Assembly (NCBI GenBank): GCA_002503045.1
Contig: DAQW01000056.1
Location: 575-41,036, forward strand
Reading direction: 5' to 3'
Length of the DNA: 40,462 nt
DNA from: Euryarchaeota archaeon UBA39
GTDB taxonomy: Archaea > Thermoplasmatota > Poseidoniia > Poseidoniales > Thalassarchaeaceae
Every line of letters begins with the position of its first letter. Position 1 is the first letter of the stretch. Positions 8,250 to 17,596 of this stretch are shown piece by piece. The notes beneath the pieces were generated by a model that saw only the letters and a list, made by a program, of their open reading frames with translations, searched no databases and was not told the origin of the DNA. The position numbers and the translations under genes are program-made.

Positions 8250-8501
8250 ATGATGAGCGAAAGTTTGCGAAATCTCATTAGATCATACCTTCAATCACGC
8301 CCACGTAATACTGCTGAAATCGTAGAACACGCTAAAGCAAATATGGATGGAACTAGTATCGAACAAATCGAAAAGTTACTGAAGTCAGATGCACAAGTAG
8401 TTCGAGTAGATTTGGTGAGACGTAGTGGAGTGCTTTCTTCTGGATACAATGTTTGTGAATGGGCAACAGTCGATTGGATGAAAAATAGGAGAGGAGAATA
8501 A
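8250..8501 (+). CDS. Small winged-helix-like protein, paralog 1
   Basis: An AGGTGA Shine-Dalgarno-like site at 8242-8247 precedes ATG at 8250/8253. The protein shares the pattern LR..I...L.....NT.EI.EH....GT..Q....L..D.....R.G.LS..Y..C.W with the next ORF. Confidence 0.6.
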   Translation: MMSESLRNLIRSYLQSRPRNTAEIVEHAKANMDGTSIEQIEKLLKSDAQVVRVDLVRRSGVLSSGYNVCEWATVDWMKNRRGE

Positions 8502-8755
8502 TGAGAACCACCAGATTAAGAGAACGAATTAAGAGATTCCTGGCTGAAAAGGGCGAGGCGAACACTACCGAGATTTTGGAACACGTGAATACAACTACTA
8601 GGCACGGGACCACACCTCAACAACTAGGAAATGTATTATCCAAAGACAAAGATATTGAGAAAGTCTCTACCACAAAAAGAGGAGGAGCACTCTCAGGTCG
8701 TTACGACATCTGTGTATGGAGACTACGGGACCAAGGTACCGGCGAACTTCATTAA
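8501..8755 (+). CDS. Small winged-helix-like protein, paralog 2
   Basis: 84-aa ORF whose start overlaps the upstream stop (TAATG), with GGAGAGGAG upstream. It is roughly 30 percent identical to paralog 1 by eye over the full length. Confidence 0.6.
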   Translation: MRTTRLRERIKRFLAEKGEANTTEILEHVNTTTRHGTTPQQLGNVLSKDKDIEKVSTTKRGGALSGRYDICVWRLRDQGTGELH

Positions 8756-9898
8756 TTAAACTTCTAACATTCGATTTAGAGCTTTAATTGCGTCTTTTGA
8801 TGTTTGTTTGTCAATAGTGATAATGTTTCTCCTATCTCCATTGATAATCGATTCAAGTTGTTCTGCAAGAAATCTAGGGTGAATCATATACATTGTCGAA
8901 CAAGGACAAACTGAATCATCTAAACAATGAATTTCTTTATCTGGATATTGTGAATTCAATCGTTGAACTAGATTAATTTCAGTCCCCACGCCAATAATAG
9001 AACCAGGTGGGGCTTCTTCACAAAATCGACGGATAAAGTCTGTAGATCCATCAGCATCAGCTGCGTGAACTACTTTTTGATCGCATTCAGGATGAACGAC
9101 AACCAAAGCATTCGGAAAGGCATCTCTTAATCTATCAATTTGATCGACTGTGAAACGCTGATGAACAGAGCAATATCCATGCCATAAGACGAATTTTGCA
9201 CGATTAATTTCATCAATATTAGGAATAGTCTGCGGATTCCATACGGCCATATCATCTAATTCAAATCCCATTTTTGATGCGGTGTTCCTGCCCAAATGTT
9301 GGTCTGGGAAAAATAGTACTTTACCCAATCCTCCAGCCCTACCAAGTGCCCATTCTAAGACTCCTTGTGCATTTGTAGAGGTGCAAACTATACCGCCATG
9401 TTTTCCAACGAATGCCTTGAGGGCAGCTGAACTATTCATGTATGTTACTGGAACTAGAAAATTGTCATTTTCGGTTGCAAGTTCCTCTGGATTTTCTCTT
9501 GAAATCGGGTCACTTAAATCAAGTTCATCAAGTAAAGTATGCCAACATTCCTCTACATCTGGTAAATTTGCCATGTCAGCCATAGAACAACCAGCCCTAG
9601 TTGTTGGCATGGAAACTATCTGTTGGTCATTAGTTAGGATATCTGCGCTTTCTGCCATGAAATGAACACCACAGAAAACAATGTGTTCAGCAGTACTATC
9701 TGCAGCCATTCGAGATAATCTGAACGAGTCGCCAGTTGCATCAGCATGTTCAACAATGGAATCTCGTTGGTAATGATGACCTAAAATCATCACTCTATCT
9801 CCCAATTCCTCCTTTGCTTTTTGAATCCTATCGCGATATTCCTCATCACTATACGCATCATCAATCGAGCATGACACGAGAGGCAGTCCAAGAGACAT
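8756..9898 (-). CDS. nadA: Quinolinate synthase NadA (long, Bacillus-type N-terminus)
   Basis: ILGHHYQRDSIVEHADATGDSFRLS, conserved Cys residues for the 4Fe-4S cluster and VVHPEC. The track ORF extends to 10102 and would overlap bud32. ATG at 9898 (MSLGLPLV...) gives a typical length of about 380 aa. Confidence 0.85.
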   Translation of the reverse strand: MSLGLPLVSCSIDDAYSDEEYRDRIQKAKEELGDRVMILGHHYQRDSIVEHADATGDSFRLSRMAADSTAEHIVFCGVHFMAESADILTNDQQIVSMPTTRAGCSMADMANLPDVEECWHTLLDELDLSDPISRENPEELATENDNFLVPVTYMNSSAALKAFVGKHGGIVCTSTNAQGVLEWALGRAGGLGKVLFFPDQHLGRNTASKMGFELDDMAVWNPQTIPNIDEINRAKFVLWHGYCSVHQRFTVDQIDRLRDAFPNALVVVHPECDQKVVHAADADGSTDFIRRFCEEAPPGSIIGVGTEINLVQRLNSQYPDKEIHCLDDSVCPCSTMYMIHPRFLAEQLESIINGDRRNIITIDKQTSKDAIKALNRMLEV

Positions 9899-9954
9899 GG
9901 GCAAACAGCCCTTACGCCCGGTGCATTTGAAACCATCTTCCCCCCCGAACAAAC

Positions 9955-10614
9955 ATGGACGGCACGTCTCCATGGATTGAAGAAGCCGTACTCCATGATG
10001 GTGCAGAAGCAAGAACAATCGCAGGTATTTGGTTTGGGACAGAAGCAGTGATGAAAATTCGCCGGCCAAAGGGATATAGGCATCCCAGTTTGGATCAGTC
10101 ACTTACGAAACGCCGATTATTTGCAGAAGCAAGGATTCTAGTTCACCTTTCTAATTCAGAATTACCTATACCAAGCTTGCTTGATTTTGACGAAAAAAAC
10201 TCCACTCTAGTGATAACGAAGTTATCTGGTGTACCTTTATTCAACATTCTTAGGAATTCAAATGATTTCGATCAAATATCTTCACTAATGTATTCGTGTG
10301 GAAATTTAATTAGGAAATTGCATTCATTAGGAGTTTCACATGGAGATTTAACAACACATAATTTACTATGTAATAATTTGAATTCCATACAAATTATTGA
10401 TTTTGGTTTAGGGCGATTGTCTCCCGAAATCGAATCCTTGGGGCAAGACCTACAAGTATTATCTGAATGTCTATCTGCGAGTCATCCCAATCATCCTAAT
10501 GCAATGAAATTCGTACTAAATGGTTATTCAGAAGGGGATGAAAAGGGACCAATTATTGATGATGTAATTTCAAGATTTCAAGAAATTCAAGGGAGAGTAA
10601 GGTATCATGGATGA
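9955..10614 (+). CDS. bud32: Bud32-type atypical protein kinase (KEOPS / t6A subunit)
   Basis: Small RIO-like kinase of 219 aa with the catalytic HGDLTTHNLL and IIDFGLG motifs. Confidence 0.8.
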   Translation: MDGTSPWIEEAVLHDGAEARTIAGIWFGTEAVMKIRRPKGYRHPSLDQSLTKRRLFAEARILVHLSNSELPIPSLLDFDEKNSTLVITKLSGVPLFNILRNSNDFDQISSLMYSCGNLIRKLHSLGVSHGDLTTHNLLCNNLNSIQIIDFGLGRLSPEIESLGQDLQVLSECLSASHPNHPNAMKFVLNGYSEGDEKGPIIDDVISRFQEIQGRVRYHG

Positions 10615-11239
10615 GAAAACAACAATCCTATTTGTTACCTCAAATTCTGGCAAATTATCAGAAGCAAAAATCGCATTAAATCCATTTGGATTTAATGTTC
10701 AAGCATTTCAATTCAGTGAAGAAAATCCTGTAATTGAAGAAATCCAAGCATCAGAACTCCGAATTGTCGCTGCAGATAAATTAAGAAAAGCGGTTTCAAT
10801 TGTTCAAGATTCAACAAAAAACCTAGGAGTAATGGTCGAAGATGCAGGATTCTTCTTAGATGAATTCAACGGTTTTCCGGGAGTGTATTCATCATATGTT
10901 CACAAATCATTAGGAATAAACGGGGTACTACGAACCCTAAATGGAATCGAAAATAGAAAGGCTAGTTTCAAATGTGTTATTGGAATTCATCTAGATGGCG
11001 AAGAAATTTTCTTTGAGGGAGAATGTAAAGGTCTTGTTTCAGAAAAGGCTCTAGGAACTAATGGATTCGGATATGATCCTATTTTCATCCCTAACGATGG
11101 AGATGGTAGTACATTTGCTCAGATGACTAGTGAACAAAAACAATTTTTCTCGCACCGTGGAATGGCTATGGAATCTCTTAGAGCCCATTTAGAAGGGAGG
11201 ATTCAATCGCCAACCTCAAACCACGGCAGTGAGTCGTAA
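10607..11239 (+). CDS. Non-canonical purine NTP pyrophosphatase (HAM1/RdgB/ITPase)
   Basis: ILFVTSNSGKLSEAK, FGYDPIF and FSHRG motifs. The start overlaps the bud32 stop by 8 nt. Confidence 0.85.
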   Translation: MDEKTTILFVTSNSGKLSEAKIALNPFGFNVQAFQFSEENPVIEEIQASELRIVAADKLRKAVSIVQDSTKNLGVMVEDAGFFLDEFNGFPGVYSSYVHKSLGINGVLRTLNGIENRKASFKCVIGIHLDGEEIFFEGECKGLVSEKALGTNGFGYDPIFIPNDGDGSTFAQMTSEQKQFFSHRGMAMESLRAHLEGRIQSPTSNHGSES

Positions 11240-11255
11240 GTAAGGAGGAGACACA

Positions 11256-12086
11256 ATGGCCGGTTTCTCTAGACTAATGCTCTGGATGGTTCTCTTTATC
11301 GGAGGAGCAGGTTTCTTAACGCTTAGAGGGGGTTTGACTGATAATGCTCAACTTGGAGCAGCAGGTGGACTTTTGGTCCTACTAGCATACCTAATGTTTA
11401 CTGGTGGAGAACCTGCTCCGCCTCCTGTAAGACGAAAGAAAAAAACAGATACAGATTCTGAAGATAAAGAAATAGAACCTGAAGAAGAGATACTAATTCC
11501 TGTCAGTAGAACAAGAGGGGTAGATGTTATCACTCCAGAAGCAGAGGCAATTGAAAATGAGGAAATCGTTGAAGTAGAAGCCTTAGACGATGATATTGTT
11601 GAAGCGAAAGAATACGTTGTTGAAGTTGATGCACAATCCATGTTAGAAACTGAAATCGATAGTGTGGTGCTAAATCGTAGAGAATCACAAAAGGAAATTC
11701 GAGAAGGAATTGAGAAACGACGGAGGAAACAATTAGCAAAAATCAGGGGAGATTCGCTTAGATCTAGACATGAAAATGATACTAGAGAAAACCTGCATAA
11801 ACTACTTCGAGAATCTAAAGAAATTCAAGTTTTGGATGAACCCGAATCACCTGCACCTGGCCACCCTTATGGAAAGGTTTTGATTCGGATTGATGAAAAT
11901 AAAATTCTACGACTTCGAGTACCTTTAGATGTAGGTCTTAGAGCTGCAGAAAATGAAACTGAAGCACTTCCCGATCTTGGAGGCCTCCCGCCGCCACCGT
12001 TGCCCAATTCAATAGGTGATTTGCCACCCCCCCCTTTGCCGGGAAAAATAAGTGATTTACCACCACCACCCGATTTGGAGGAATAA
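11256..12086 (+). CDS. Membrane-anchored acidic protein with C-terminal polyproline repeats
   Basis: Two N-terminal hydrophobic segments, a long Glu/Asp-rich region, then three (G/D)LPPPP(LP) repeats ending in DLPPPPDLEE. Confidence 0.65.
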   Translation: MAGFSRLMLWMVLFIGGAGFLTLRGGLTDNAQLGAAGGLLVLLAYLMFTGGEPAPPPVRRKKKTDTDSEDKEIEPEEEILIPVSRTRGVDVITPEAEAIENEEIVEVEALDDDIVEAKEYVVEVDAQSMLETEIDSVVLNRRESQKEIREGIEKRRRKQLAKIRGDSLRSRHENDTRENLHKLLRESKEIQVLDEPESPAPGHPYGKVLIRIDENKILRLRVPLDVGLRAAENETEALPDLGGLPPPPLPNSIGDLPPPPLPGKISDLPPPPDLEE

Positions 12087-12138
12087 TTCCAGTTCTTTCC
12101 ATCAATGATGCTATGTATCGAACACGTGTCGAAGGAAC

Positions 12139-12972
12139 ATGGCCGAACAACCTGAAGTGGAAGAACTTGCTATCGAAAAATACCCCTCAGAAAATGGGAA
12201 CATAATCATCGCAACGGTAAACAGACCTGAGAAACTAAACGCACTAAACGTAAATGTGAAAGAAGCCATCAAATCGCTTTGTTCTTGGGCAGAAGATTCC
12301 AAAGACATAACGGTAGTAATTTTTCGTGGCGCTTCTCCATTACCTCCTCCAGAAGGAAAAAGGCAGAAACCGCATGCGTTCGTAGCAGGAGCAGATGTCA
12401 GCGAATTTGTAGGAAAAAATAGTGAGATAATTAGACCTGAATTTGAAGATAATGTTTGGGAAGCAGTATGGAAATTAAGAAAGCCTACAATTGCTCTAAT
12501 TGATGGATATGCATTGGGTGGAGGAAGCGAATTAGCTCTTTCTTGCGATATTAGAGTTGCAACGAGTAGGTCAATGTTTGGAACTCCTGAGATCAATCTT
12601 GGACTAATTCCAGGAGGAGGAGGGACTCAAAGACTTACTTGGTTAGTTGGATATGGAAAGGCAATGGAAATGGTGATGGGTGGAGAAATGATTGATGGAG
12701 ATGAAGCTCATCGAATTGGATTAGTTAACCATATTGTTGAACCCGACGAACTAATGGAAAAAGGGATGGAAATCGCAAATAACCTTTCATCTAAATCTCC
12801 ATTAACTGTTCAAATCGCAAAACAAGCAGTTCGAGCCGCTTTAGATAATCCCATTTCAGACGGAATTGTATTAGAACACAATATGTTCGTTGATTTATTC
12901 GATACAAAGGATAAGGAAATTGGAGTTAATGCTTTCATGGAAAGAGGTAAACCTGAATGGACCGGTGAGTAA
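12139..12972 (+). CDS. Enoyl-CoA hydratase/isomerase (crotonase) family protein
   Basis: Crotonase oxyanion-hole and active-site regions (FVAGADVSEF; IDGYALGGGSELALSCDIRVAT; PEINLGLIPGGGGTQRL). Confidence 0.85.
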   Translation: MAEQPEVEELAIEKYPSENGNIIIATVNRPEKLNALNVNVKEAIKSLCSWAEDSKDITVVIFRGASPLPPPEGKRQKPHAFVAGADVSEFVGKNSEIIRPEFEDNVWEAVWKLRKPTIALIDGYALGGGSELALSCDIRVATSRSMFGTPEINLGLIPGGGGTQRLTWLVGYGKAMEMVMGGEMIDGDEAHRIGLVNHIVEPDELMEKGMEIANNLSSKSPLTVQIAKQAVRAALDNPISDGIVLEHNMFVDLFDTKDKEIGVNAFMERGKPEWTGE

Positions 12973-13738
12973 TACCTTGTCAGAATATCTAGTTGAAGCT
13001 GAAGGATTAGCAAAGAGATTTGGTGATTTCGTTGCACTTCAACCTCTTGATGTTAAAGTTCAAGCAGGTGAATTCTTTGGAGTGTTTGGACCAAATGGAG
13101 CAGGAAAATCTACCTTTATTCGCCTACTTACTGGACAATTAAGACCTAGTGCAGGAACTGCAAAGGTATTGGGAATTAATGTAGATAGTAAGCCAAGATT
13201 GGTTAAAGCAAATATTGGAATTGTACCCGAATCTGAATCACCACCATCATATCTAACAGCAGCTGAATTTCTAGAATTTGTAGCCAGATTAAGAAATATC
13301 GATGAAATTAATGAAAAGGTGAATTATTGGTTAGATTGGTTTGGAATGACTGATAAAAGTGGTACTTTGTGTAAAGATTTGTCAAAGGGTCAACGGCAAA
13401 AGGTAATGCTTGCATCTGCATTCATCCATGAACCTAGACTATTATTTCTCGATGAGCCATTTGTGAATTTGGACCCAATATACCAACGAAAATGTCGAGA
13501 ATTATTACTCGAGCATATATCAAATGGAGGGACTATTTTTCTTTGTTCCCACATTCTTGAAATTGCTGAAAGATTGTGTACTAGAGTGGCAGTAATTGAT
13601 CACGGAAGAGTTCTAGCCGCTGGAAAAATGAATGATTTAAGAAATTCAAAAAGTGAAACATTAGAAGATATTTTCATTCGATTAGTGGGTAAATCTATCG
13701 ATGAAATTGAAGCAGAAAGCATTACTGAAGAGGAATGA
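12965..13738 (+). CDS. ABC transporter ATP-binding protein
   Basis: Walker A GPNGAGKST, signature LSKGQRQ and Walker B LLFLDEP. GTG at 12965 (8-nt overlap with the upstream gene) is a more plausible start than the track ATG at 12890. Confidence 0.85.
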   Translation: MSNTLSEYLVEAEGLAKRFGDFVALQPLDVKVQAGEFFGVFGPNGAGKSTFIRLLTGQLRPSAGTAKVLGINVDSKPRLVKANIGIVPESESPPSYLTAAEFLEFVARLRNIDEINEKVNYWLDWFGMTDKSGTLCKDLSKGQRQKVMLASAFIHEPRLLFLDEPFVNLDPIYQRKCRELLLEHISNGGTIFLCSHILEIAERLCTRVAVIDHGRVLAAGKMNDLRNSKSETLEDIFIRLVGKSIDEIEAESITEEE

Positions 13739-15381
13739 TTTCGATGGGTGCCAAAAGAGATGAACCAAATTTTGGATTGTCTTTTCCAATAACATTCAAA
13801 ATGATGTTTAAGGAAGAATGGAGGCAAAATGTTGACTTCGCAAAAAGTAGACGAATCCTAATGTTTCCAGCATTACTAGCAATTGTTTCAATGGCATTGA
13901 CAATAGGACTTCGTTTTCTAACCGGCGATGGAGTTAGTGGAGCAAATGCTGAAGAAATTTCAAGAGAAACTTTCACCTTTGATCAATTACGAACAGGAAT
14001 ACATCTCATGGTTTTCCTCTTTTCTATGGGAATGGGAACTTTTGCTTTCCTAGGTCGTTCAATTGTTTCTCAACGTAGTGGAGGCAAAAATTTCCTTCTC
14101 GCATCACCTGCAATGCAGCCAATCGATCTTCAAACAACATATCTTGCATACTATCTCAAAGAAGTCTCTTTTTACATCGTTTTAATTCTCTTCCCTGTCA
14201 CTATCGGAATGGCATTGGGAATTGCATCTCAATCATTTTTAGAAATTACTACACCTTTGTTATGGACTTCTTTACTGCCATTCCTAGTTTGTATTTCCCT
14301 AACAATGGCTCAAGGAATTGCAATTTCCTTTTTCGGTTCAACGTTAATGAGTAGGGGAAATCAATGGAATTTTCTTGTGCCAATATTAGGTGCATTCATT
14401 GGTGCAATAATTTATGTTGGATTCATCCCAATGGAAAAGGCAATAATTGGTCTTTGGGCACATTCTAATGAATCAATTAACGCCTTAATATGGACACCTT
14501 TGGCGTTCCTATCGTGTGCCATTTTAGCTTGGATTTCAGCGGGTCTACTTCCTGAAGATTTTGAAGTCAGAATAACTGGCAGGGATGATTTGTTTATCCC
14601 TATATACGAAAAATTAGGAAAAATTGGATTGCGTTCTGATAGTCGAATGAGAATACTAATTGCAAAAGAAATAGTAGATGTATTAAGATCAGGAACGCTG
14701 CTGAAAATGTTAGGCTCATTTGCGGTACCTCTTCTTTTCCTATTGCTATTGGCATGGGGAGCAGATTTTGCTTCTTTTCCAATTCCTTTCAATTTACTTT
14801 CATATGCACCATTCATTGGATTCTTTGGATTCAATTTTTATTCTTGGCTAAATGCAATTGATGCACCAGATCATCTAAACACAATGCCAGTATCTGTCCC
14901 CGAATTACTTAAAGCAAAAATTTGGACATATTTCTTACTTACTAGTTGGATTGGAGTCATCTTCATTTTACTTATGGCTGGAATGTTGGATCAATGGAAT
15001 GATGCTCTTTCTGCCATGATAGTAATGCTTGCTAATTCAATTTACATTGTTTCTCTTTCTGCTTGGCTAATGGGACTAAGGCCCAATAAAGCGATTTTTG
15101 ATAGTGGAATAATGGCACGTTTCTGGGTTGCAACTGCATTTCCATTGATAGGGCTATTCGTTTTATCTTTCACGAAAGGAGATACCACATTATTAGAAAA
15201 TTGGGGAATGCAGGTTTCTGCAGGTGGATTAAACGCAGAGGCTCAGGCAATAGAGCTTGAAAATAGACAATCTACAAGTCTAACTGGAATCTTAGGAATT
15301 TGTGCAATTCTTGTTTCACTCTCATTTCTTTATCTTCGATTGCTTAAACGCAAGTGGGGAAGTGCACCATTTGAGAACTAA
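13735..15381 (+). CDS. Polytopic membrane protein, putative permease partner of the ABC ATPase
   Basis: 548-aa ORF with at least 10 hydrophobic segments, coupled to the ATPase gene through an ATGA overlap. Confidence 0.65.
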   Translation: MISMGAKRDEPNFGLSFPITFKMMFKEEWRQNVDFAKSRRILMFPALLAIVSMALTIGLRFLTGDGVSGANAEEISRETFTFDQLRTGIHLMVFLFSMGMGTFAFLGRSIVSQRSGGKNFLLASPAMQPIDLQTTYLAYYLKEVSFYIVLILFPVTIGMALGIASQSFLEITTPLLWTSLLPFLVCISLTMAQGIAISFFGSTLMSRGNQWNFLVPILGAFIGAIIYVGFIPMEKAIIGLWAHSNESINALIWTPLAFLSCAILAWISAGLLPEDFEVRITGRDDLFIPIYEKLGKIGLRSDSRMRILIAKEIVDVLRSGTLLKMLGSFAVPLLFLLLLAWGADFASFPIPFNLLSYAPFIGFFGFNFYSWLNAIDAPDHLNTMPVSVPELLKAKIWTYFLLTSWIGVIFILLMAGMLDQWNDALSAMIVMLANSIYIVSLSAWLMGLRPNKAIFDSGIMARFWVATAFPLIGLFVLSFTKGDTTLLENWGMQVSAGGLNAEAQAIELENRQSTSLTGILGICAILVSLSFLYLRLLKRKWGSAPFEN

Positions 15382-15382
15382 C

Positions 15383-15416
15383 ATCGGTGTATTCATGAGC
15401 ATTAATGAACACCGAT
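15383..15416 (+). terminator. Perfect 8-bp inverted repeat directly after the permease stop codon
   Basis: ATCGGTGT (15383-15390) and ACACCGAT (15409-15416) flank an 18-nt loop. It lies between the TAA at 15379-15381 and the next ATG at 15421. Its function as a terminator or processing site is not established. Confidence 0.3.
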
Positions 15417-15420
15417 AACT

Positions 15421-15996
15421 ATGTCCAAGGTATTGGTACTAACTGGATTACCAGGTTCGGGAAAAAGTGAAGCCGCTGAGATTGCAAAATCAATGAATAT
15501 TCCAGTAATTTCAATGGGGGATGTAGTTCGTAGAGAAACCGCAAATCGTGGATTGGAGGGTAATTCCAAAAATATTGGAATGGTGGCCATGGATCTAAGA
15601 AAAGAATTCGGCGATGATGTGATTCTACAAAGATTGTGTCCAATTATTACTGACGAATTGAACAACAATAATCTAGTCATTATCGATGGAATGAGGAGTA
15701 TTGCAGAAAAGGATGCTTTAGTGCAATTGATGGGGTTTGAACCTGAGATTTTAGCGATTTTAGCTTCCGAAGATATTCGAAACTCAAGATTAGTAGGAAG
15801 GAATCGTTCAGATGATATCAAAATAGAAGAATCCGGAAAAAATCATGCTATTTCAGAACGTGATGAAAGAGAAAAGGGTTGGGGAGTTGAAGAATTATTG
15901 GAACTCGCTCATCATAAAATTGGGAACGAAGAAAGTATGGATTCCTTTCGAACAAACGTCAAAGCACTCTTAGAAGGCCTAAACAACACTGATTGA
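15421..15996 (+). CDS. UPF0200-family P-loop nucleotide kinase (archaeal CoaE-like / adenylate-kinase-like)
   Basis: VLVLTGLPGSGKSEAAE P-loop followed by ISMGDVVRRE....G, typical of the archaeal UPF0200 family. Confidence 0.7.
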   Translation: MSKVLVLTGLPGSGKSEAAEIAKSMNIPVISMGDVVRRETANRGLEGNSKNIGMVAMDLRKEFGDDVILQRLCPIITDELNNNNLVIIDGMRSIAEKDALVQLMGFEPEILAILASEDIRNSRLVGRNRSDDIKIEESGKNHAISERDEREKGWGVEELLELAHHKIGNEESMDSFRTNVKALLEGLNNTD

Positions 15997-16051
15997 AGGC
16001 CAAAGGTTATCCCAATCCTCGTTCCTTTGTAACACGTACTGAGGTGGAACC

Positions 16052-17578
16052 ATGGCACGACGGGGGCGAAAAAACCAAGGTCAAGGCCGAAAGAAACAAC
16101 AACAATCTCAGTTTGAAGAATTGGACAAGTACCCCGTTTCTCCCCCTCATTCATTTGCTAGAATCGTTCGTGATTTGAGAACTTTGAACATCATCTACCA
16201 AGTAATCGAACCCCCTCTAAATAAAAAAGAAACAGAACAGAAAGATCAGATTATGGAAATCTTTGTTCAAGCATTAAATGCAGATATCGAAGAAATTGAT
16301 GCAGATCCAGTTGCTTATCTACGTGCTGCAATGGATCAGATTATCAAGTCATATAGATTGAAAATTAGTAAAAAATCTAGATCTAAAATCTTCTACTACA
16401 TCCGTAGAGATCTAATCGGTTATGGTCGAATGGATGTACTCATGAATGATTCAAATGTCGAAGATATTTCTCTCGATGGAACCAATGTTCCAATCTTTGC
16501 ATATCATAGAAAGTTTGAATCTATTGAAACTACTATTGCTTGGCCTACGGATGATGAATTAGAAGCGTATGTAATCAAACTAGCTCAACGATGTGGAAAG
16601 CATATTTCAGTTGCAGAGCCTCTTCTAGATGCTACTCTAATGGATGGATCTCGAATCGTAATGAAACTAGGTAGAGAAGTTTCTACACGTGGTTCCGCAT
16701 TTTGTATTCGAAGATTCAGAGAAGACCCATTCAGTCCTTGCGATATTGTTGCATTCCGAACTATGACCAGTCTAATGGTTGCTTACCTTTGGATTGCATT
16801 TCAACAAGGTGTTTCAATGCTATTCGTAGGAGGTACTGCTTCAGGTAAAACAACAACTTTGAATGCGATGTGTCTGTTTATTCCTTGGCAAATGAAAATT
16901 GTAAGTATCGAATCTACTCGAGAAGTAAACATCCCTCAACCAAATTGGATTCCTGGATTAACACGACAAGGATTTGGAGGTGAATCTTCAGAAGGTGAAA
17001 TTACTGAGTTCGAATTACTAAAAGCAGCTCTCAGAGAACGGCCCGAGTATATTATTGTAGGAGAAATTAGAGGATCTGAAGCATACGTACTATTCCAAGC
17101 AATGGCTACTGGGCATTGTTCATATTCAACTGTTCACGCAGATTCAGTCGCATCACTAGTACATCGACTTGAAAATAAGCCAATTGATATTCCTCGAGTT
17201 CTTCTTCCTGCTCTTGAAGCAGTAGCAATCCAGATTCAAACTAGGATTAACGGGCGCCGTGTACGAAGGACAAAACAGATTGTTGAAATTGTAGGAGTAG
17301 ATCCTCATAGCCAAGAAGTAATCACAAATGAGGTGTTTAAATGGGATCCTTCGCGTGACGATTTCGATTTCAGCGGTAAATCCTATGTCTTAGAAAAAGT
17401 AATGGTGAAGATTAATTATTCTCAAGAAAAGATGCGAAATGAATTACGAACTAGAAAGCGAATCTTAGATTGGATGGTTCTGAATGATATCCGGAAATCG
17501 GATCAAGTTGCTCAAATAATTACAGAGTATTATGTTCGACCTGACGAAATTCTTGCTCGCGTAGACGGCCTACGCTGA
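16052..17578 (+). CDS. Type IV filament assembly ATPase (FlaI/PilB/TadA-like, GspE superfamily)
   Basis: Walker A GGTASGKTTTLNA, Walker B/Asp box IIVGEIRGSEA and His box STVHA. The N-terminus is basic and a GAGGTGG SD-like site lies upstream. Confidence 0.9.
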   Translation: MARRGRKNQGQGRKKQQQSQFEELDKYPVSPPHSFARIVRDLRTLNIIYQVIEPPLNKKETEQKDQIMEIFVQALNADIEEIDADPVAYLRAAMDQIIKSYRLKISKKSRSKIFYYIRRDLIGYGRMDVLMNDSNVEDISLDGTNVPIFAYHRKFESIETTIAWPTDDELEAYVIKLAQRCGKHISVAEPLLDATLMDGSRIVMKLGREVSTRGSAFCIRRFREDPFSPCDIVAFRTMTSLMVAYLWIAFQQGVSMLFVGGTASGKTTTLNAMCLFIPWQMKIVSIESTREVNIPQPNWIPGLTRQGFGGESSEGEITEFELLKAALRERPEYIIVGEIRGSEAYVLFQAMATGHCSYSTVHADSVASLVHRLENKPIDIPRVLLPALEAVAIQIQTRINGRRVRRTKQIVEIVGVDPHSQEVITNEVFKWDPSRDDFDFSGKSYVLEKVMVKINYSQEKMRNELRTRKRILDWMVLNDIRKSDQVAQIITEYYVRPDEILARVDGLR

Positions 17579-17596
17579 CCTTTAGGAGGCGGAATA

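Noticed and set aside
8075-8278. A 67-aa minus-strand ORF inside the AT-rich intergenic region.
   Set aside because: It overlaps the SD site and start of the small wHTH gene, is composed of AT-rich codons (Phe, Leu, Ile), and has no SD-like site or motif. The region is better treated as regulatory DNA.
12087-12138. The ACACGTGT 8-bp palindrome upstream of the first crotonase gene as a regulator site.
   Set aside because: It is a single short palindrome with no second copy in the window. That is insufficient evidence.
12111-12596. Long antisense or alternate-frame ORFs inside well-supported genes. Examples: 12111..12596 (-), 14412..14834 (-), 15402..15821 (-), 20438..20857 (-), 9282..9665 (+), 30202..30627 (+), 36673..37074 (-), 28930..29295 (+), 3689..3988 (+), 11348..11641 (-) and 1484..1675 (+).
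   Set aside because: Each lies wholly within a gene whose product has clear family motifs. Their translations are low-complexity or Ser/Pro/Ile-rich with no motifs. They are typical shadow ORFs.
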